This document shows positions 62,301 through 64,000 of a stretch of DNA of 64,000 nucleotides, one piece after another. The stretch comes from Dimorphilus gyrociliatus. Lineage: Eukaryota > Animalia > Annelida. Made by a program: the position numbers and the translations under genes. A model generated the notes under the pieces. That model searched no databases. It saw only the letters and a list, made by a program, of their open reading frames with translations, and was not told the origin of the DNA. Within the stretch, counting starts at the first letter, position 1. Each line of letters opens with the position of its first letter. The stretch is taken from positions 3,873,689 to 3,937,688 of the forward strand of contig CAJFCJ010000005.1 of the NCBI GenBank assembly GCA_904063045.1, given 5' to 3'.

Positions 62301-64000
62301 GCTCTTAGAAAGAGTGTCAATGTCATCATTGACTTTACGTACAATGTACAAAAGCATTTAATTTATAGCTGAACAATATTTATAGACTTTTTCAACCTTT
62401 TAGTTTGCCGATAAAATACTAAAGGTGATGATGAAAGTATATATCCTATAGCTAAAATAAAGAGCATATAATATTGGCAAACTTTCTAGTATGCGACAGG
62501 AGTCTTGAGCTGGAGGGCACGTAAACCTTAATTATATATCATTAATAAACGATTAAATGGAACTCTTTAAGTAAAAGAAGAATATGCAAATATTTATTCT
62601 TTCAACATAATTTCATCATGCACAATATTCAATAATTTACAGATGATATGTTCTATTATCTCTAATGTCTTTCCTATGGGAATGAATATTACACTTGCTT
62701 ATTATATGTAACATATATAAATACAGTTTATGTTCACATAGAATACTGTACAGTATATTTCTATTTATGAATATGCATGAAAACAGATTTTGTGCTCACA
62801 CTATGTATAGATTTATTAGAAAGCATTCTATACAATCTGTTTAGGATACATTAAATATGTGATCTATAGCATACATATGCTTAACGTATGAAAAAAGGTT
62901 GCTTTTTTTATATTTGTTACAAACTGGTATTGCCTCCTCCCCCTCGTTCTTTTCCCAGCCTCCCTTATTCGCTTTCTTTCTTCCTTTGAGAAAGAGAAAG
63001 CAAACATTTCACCTTCTACAAACTAAAAATACTTGGTGAAAATATTTCAAAAATTTCATTGAAAGAAAACAGTAAAAGAAATGGAAAACGAGTAAATACT
63101 CGTAAACAAGTAAAAATTTATGGTATATAGAATAATATCTGTATGTATGTAAATACTGTATTTATATATATATAATATATATAATTGTTTTATATAAATA
63201 TACAGTACACTGTACTCTTTTTCGAACTTTCTATCTATATGTATAGAAAAAGGCAAAAAAAAAACTACTGTAATAACGAAGCTTATTTTTACTAACAATA
63301 TACAAATGTTTCGGAACAATAACTGCTTTATAACAAATAATAAGAGCTTATGAACAAGCTGTTTTCCCTCTCACCCTTAGTTTAACATAGTCTTTTTTTA
63401 TTTAATCAAGGTTAAAAACATATTACTCAGACATGAACTATACGGGATAGTTCAATAAACTCTATTTTTTTTGTTATATCCATTGAATATCTTAATGAAG
63501 CTCTGATTGAAGAGTTGGAAAAGAGTGGAGGAGGAATACGAGAATAATAGAGATTTTCTGGAATTTTTTATGCGCCATCTGCTTTATAGCTTCTCAGAAT
63601 AGCATATATATATATATATATATATATAAACTGTATATCTCCATATTTCTTTGTATATATACATATATAATATACTGTTAGTTTATAAATAGTTTTATTT
63701 TATAACATCCATGTCTATAAAAATAGAAATTTAATAAAGAAAAGGAATAATTAGAAAAAATAATGTAATCTGCAGTTTAGACTATTAAATGAGATCATTG
63801 ACAGATTTTTCTAAGGATGGTTGCGCTTGGGGAAAACAAAGGAGCAGAGTAAAAAAAGAGAAGAGTGTCTAGACTTTTGGCGCGCTATGAGATAAAAAGA
63901 AAAGAAAAATATAAATCTGAATAATAAGGTTAACGACAAAAGTAAAGAAAATAATAGTAAGTAGGGAAAGATAAAAAAGAAAAGAAACTTTAAAATCGCT

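Noticed and set aside
1-64000. CRISPR arrays, rRNA/tRNA genes, prokaryotic operons or terminators, intact transposons
   Set aside because: None seen. The window is intron-containing eukaryotic DNA, with no spaced direct-repeat array, transposase/RT ORF or terminal repeats found by eye.

Overview
AT-rich, compact invertebrate (metazoan) genomic DNA with short GT-AG introns (many 50-120 nt) and abundant (TA)n/(GA)n microsatellites. Gene content and intron sizes suggest a lophotrochozoan, possibly a small-genome annelid such as Dimorphilus (inference only). Genes reconstructed by hand from splice signals: an EF-hand/WD40 WDR49-like gene (+), an intronless-CDS serpin (-), CCDC169 (+), a GABA-B-receptor-like class C GPCR (+), a DMRT2-type gene (-), a highly divergent full-length ionotropic glutamate receptor-like subunit (+), a secreted 4-kringle/alkaline-phosphatase-superfamily fusion (-), a secreted degenerate methyltransferase-fold protein (-), a CRH/DH44/ELH-family neuropeptide precursor with a CRE+TATA promoter (+), a pore-less iGluR ligand-binding-domain gene (-), a decayed LamG-like pseudogene (+) and an N-acylated intronless globin (+). 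The most striking item is the 45981-47349 gene. Its iGluR S1 and S2 half-domains are joined by a 5-residue linker inside one exon, with no M1-M3 channel. The main agonist-binding residues are intact and the C-terminus looks like a GPI-anchor signal, so it is a natural 'S1S2' binding protein. It lies about 8 kb from a channel-bearing iGluR-like subunit that has lost the agonist-binding Arg and the SYTANLAAF gate. No tRNA/rRNA genes, CRISPR arrays or intact mobile elements were recognised. All exon models are manual and untested by RNA data, and no database searches could be run.
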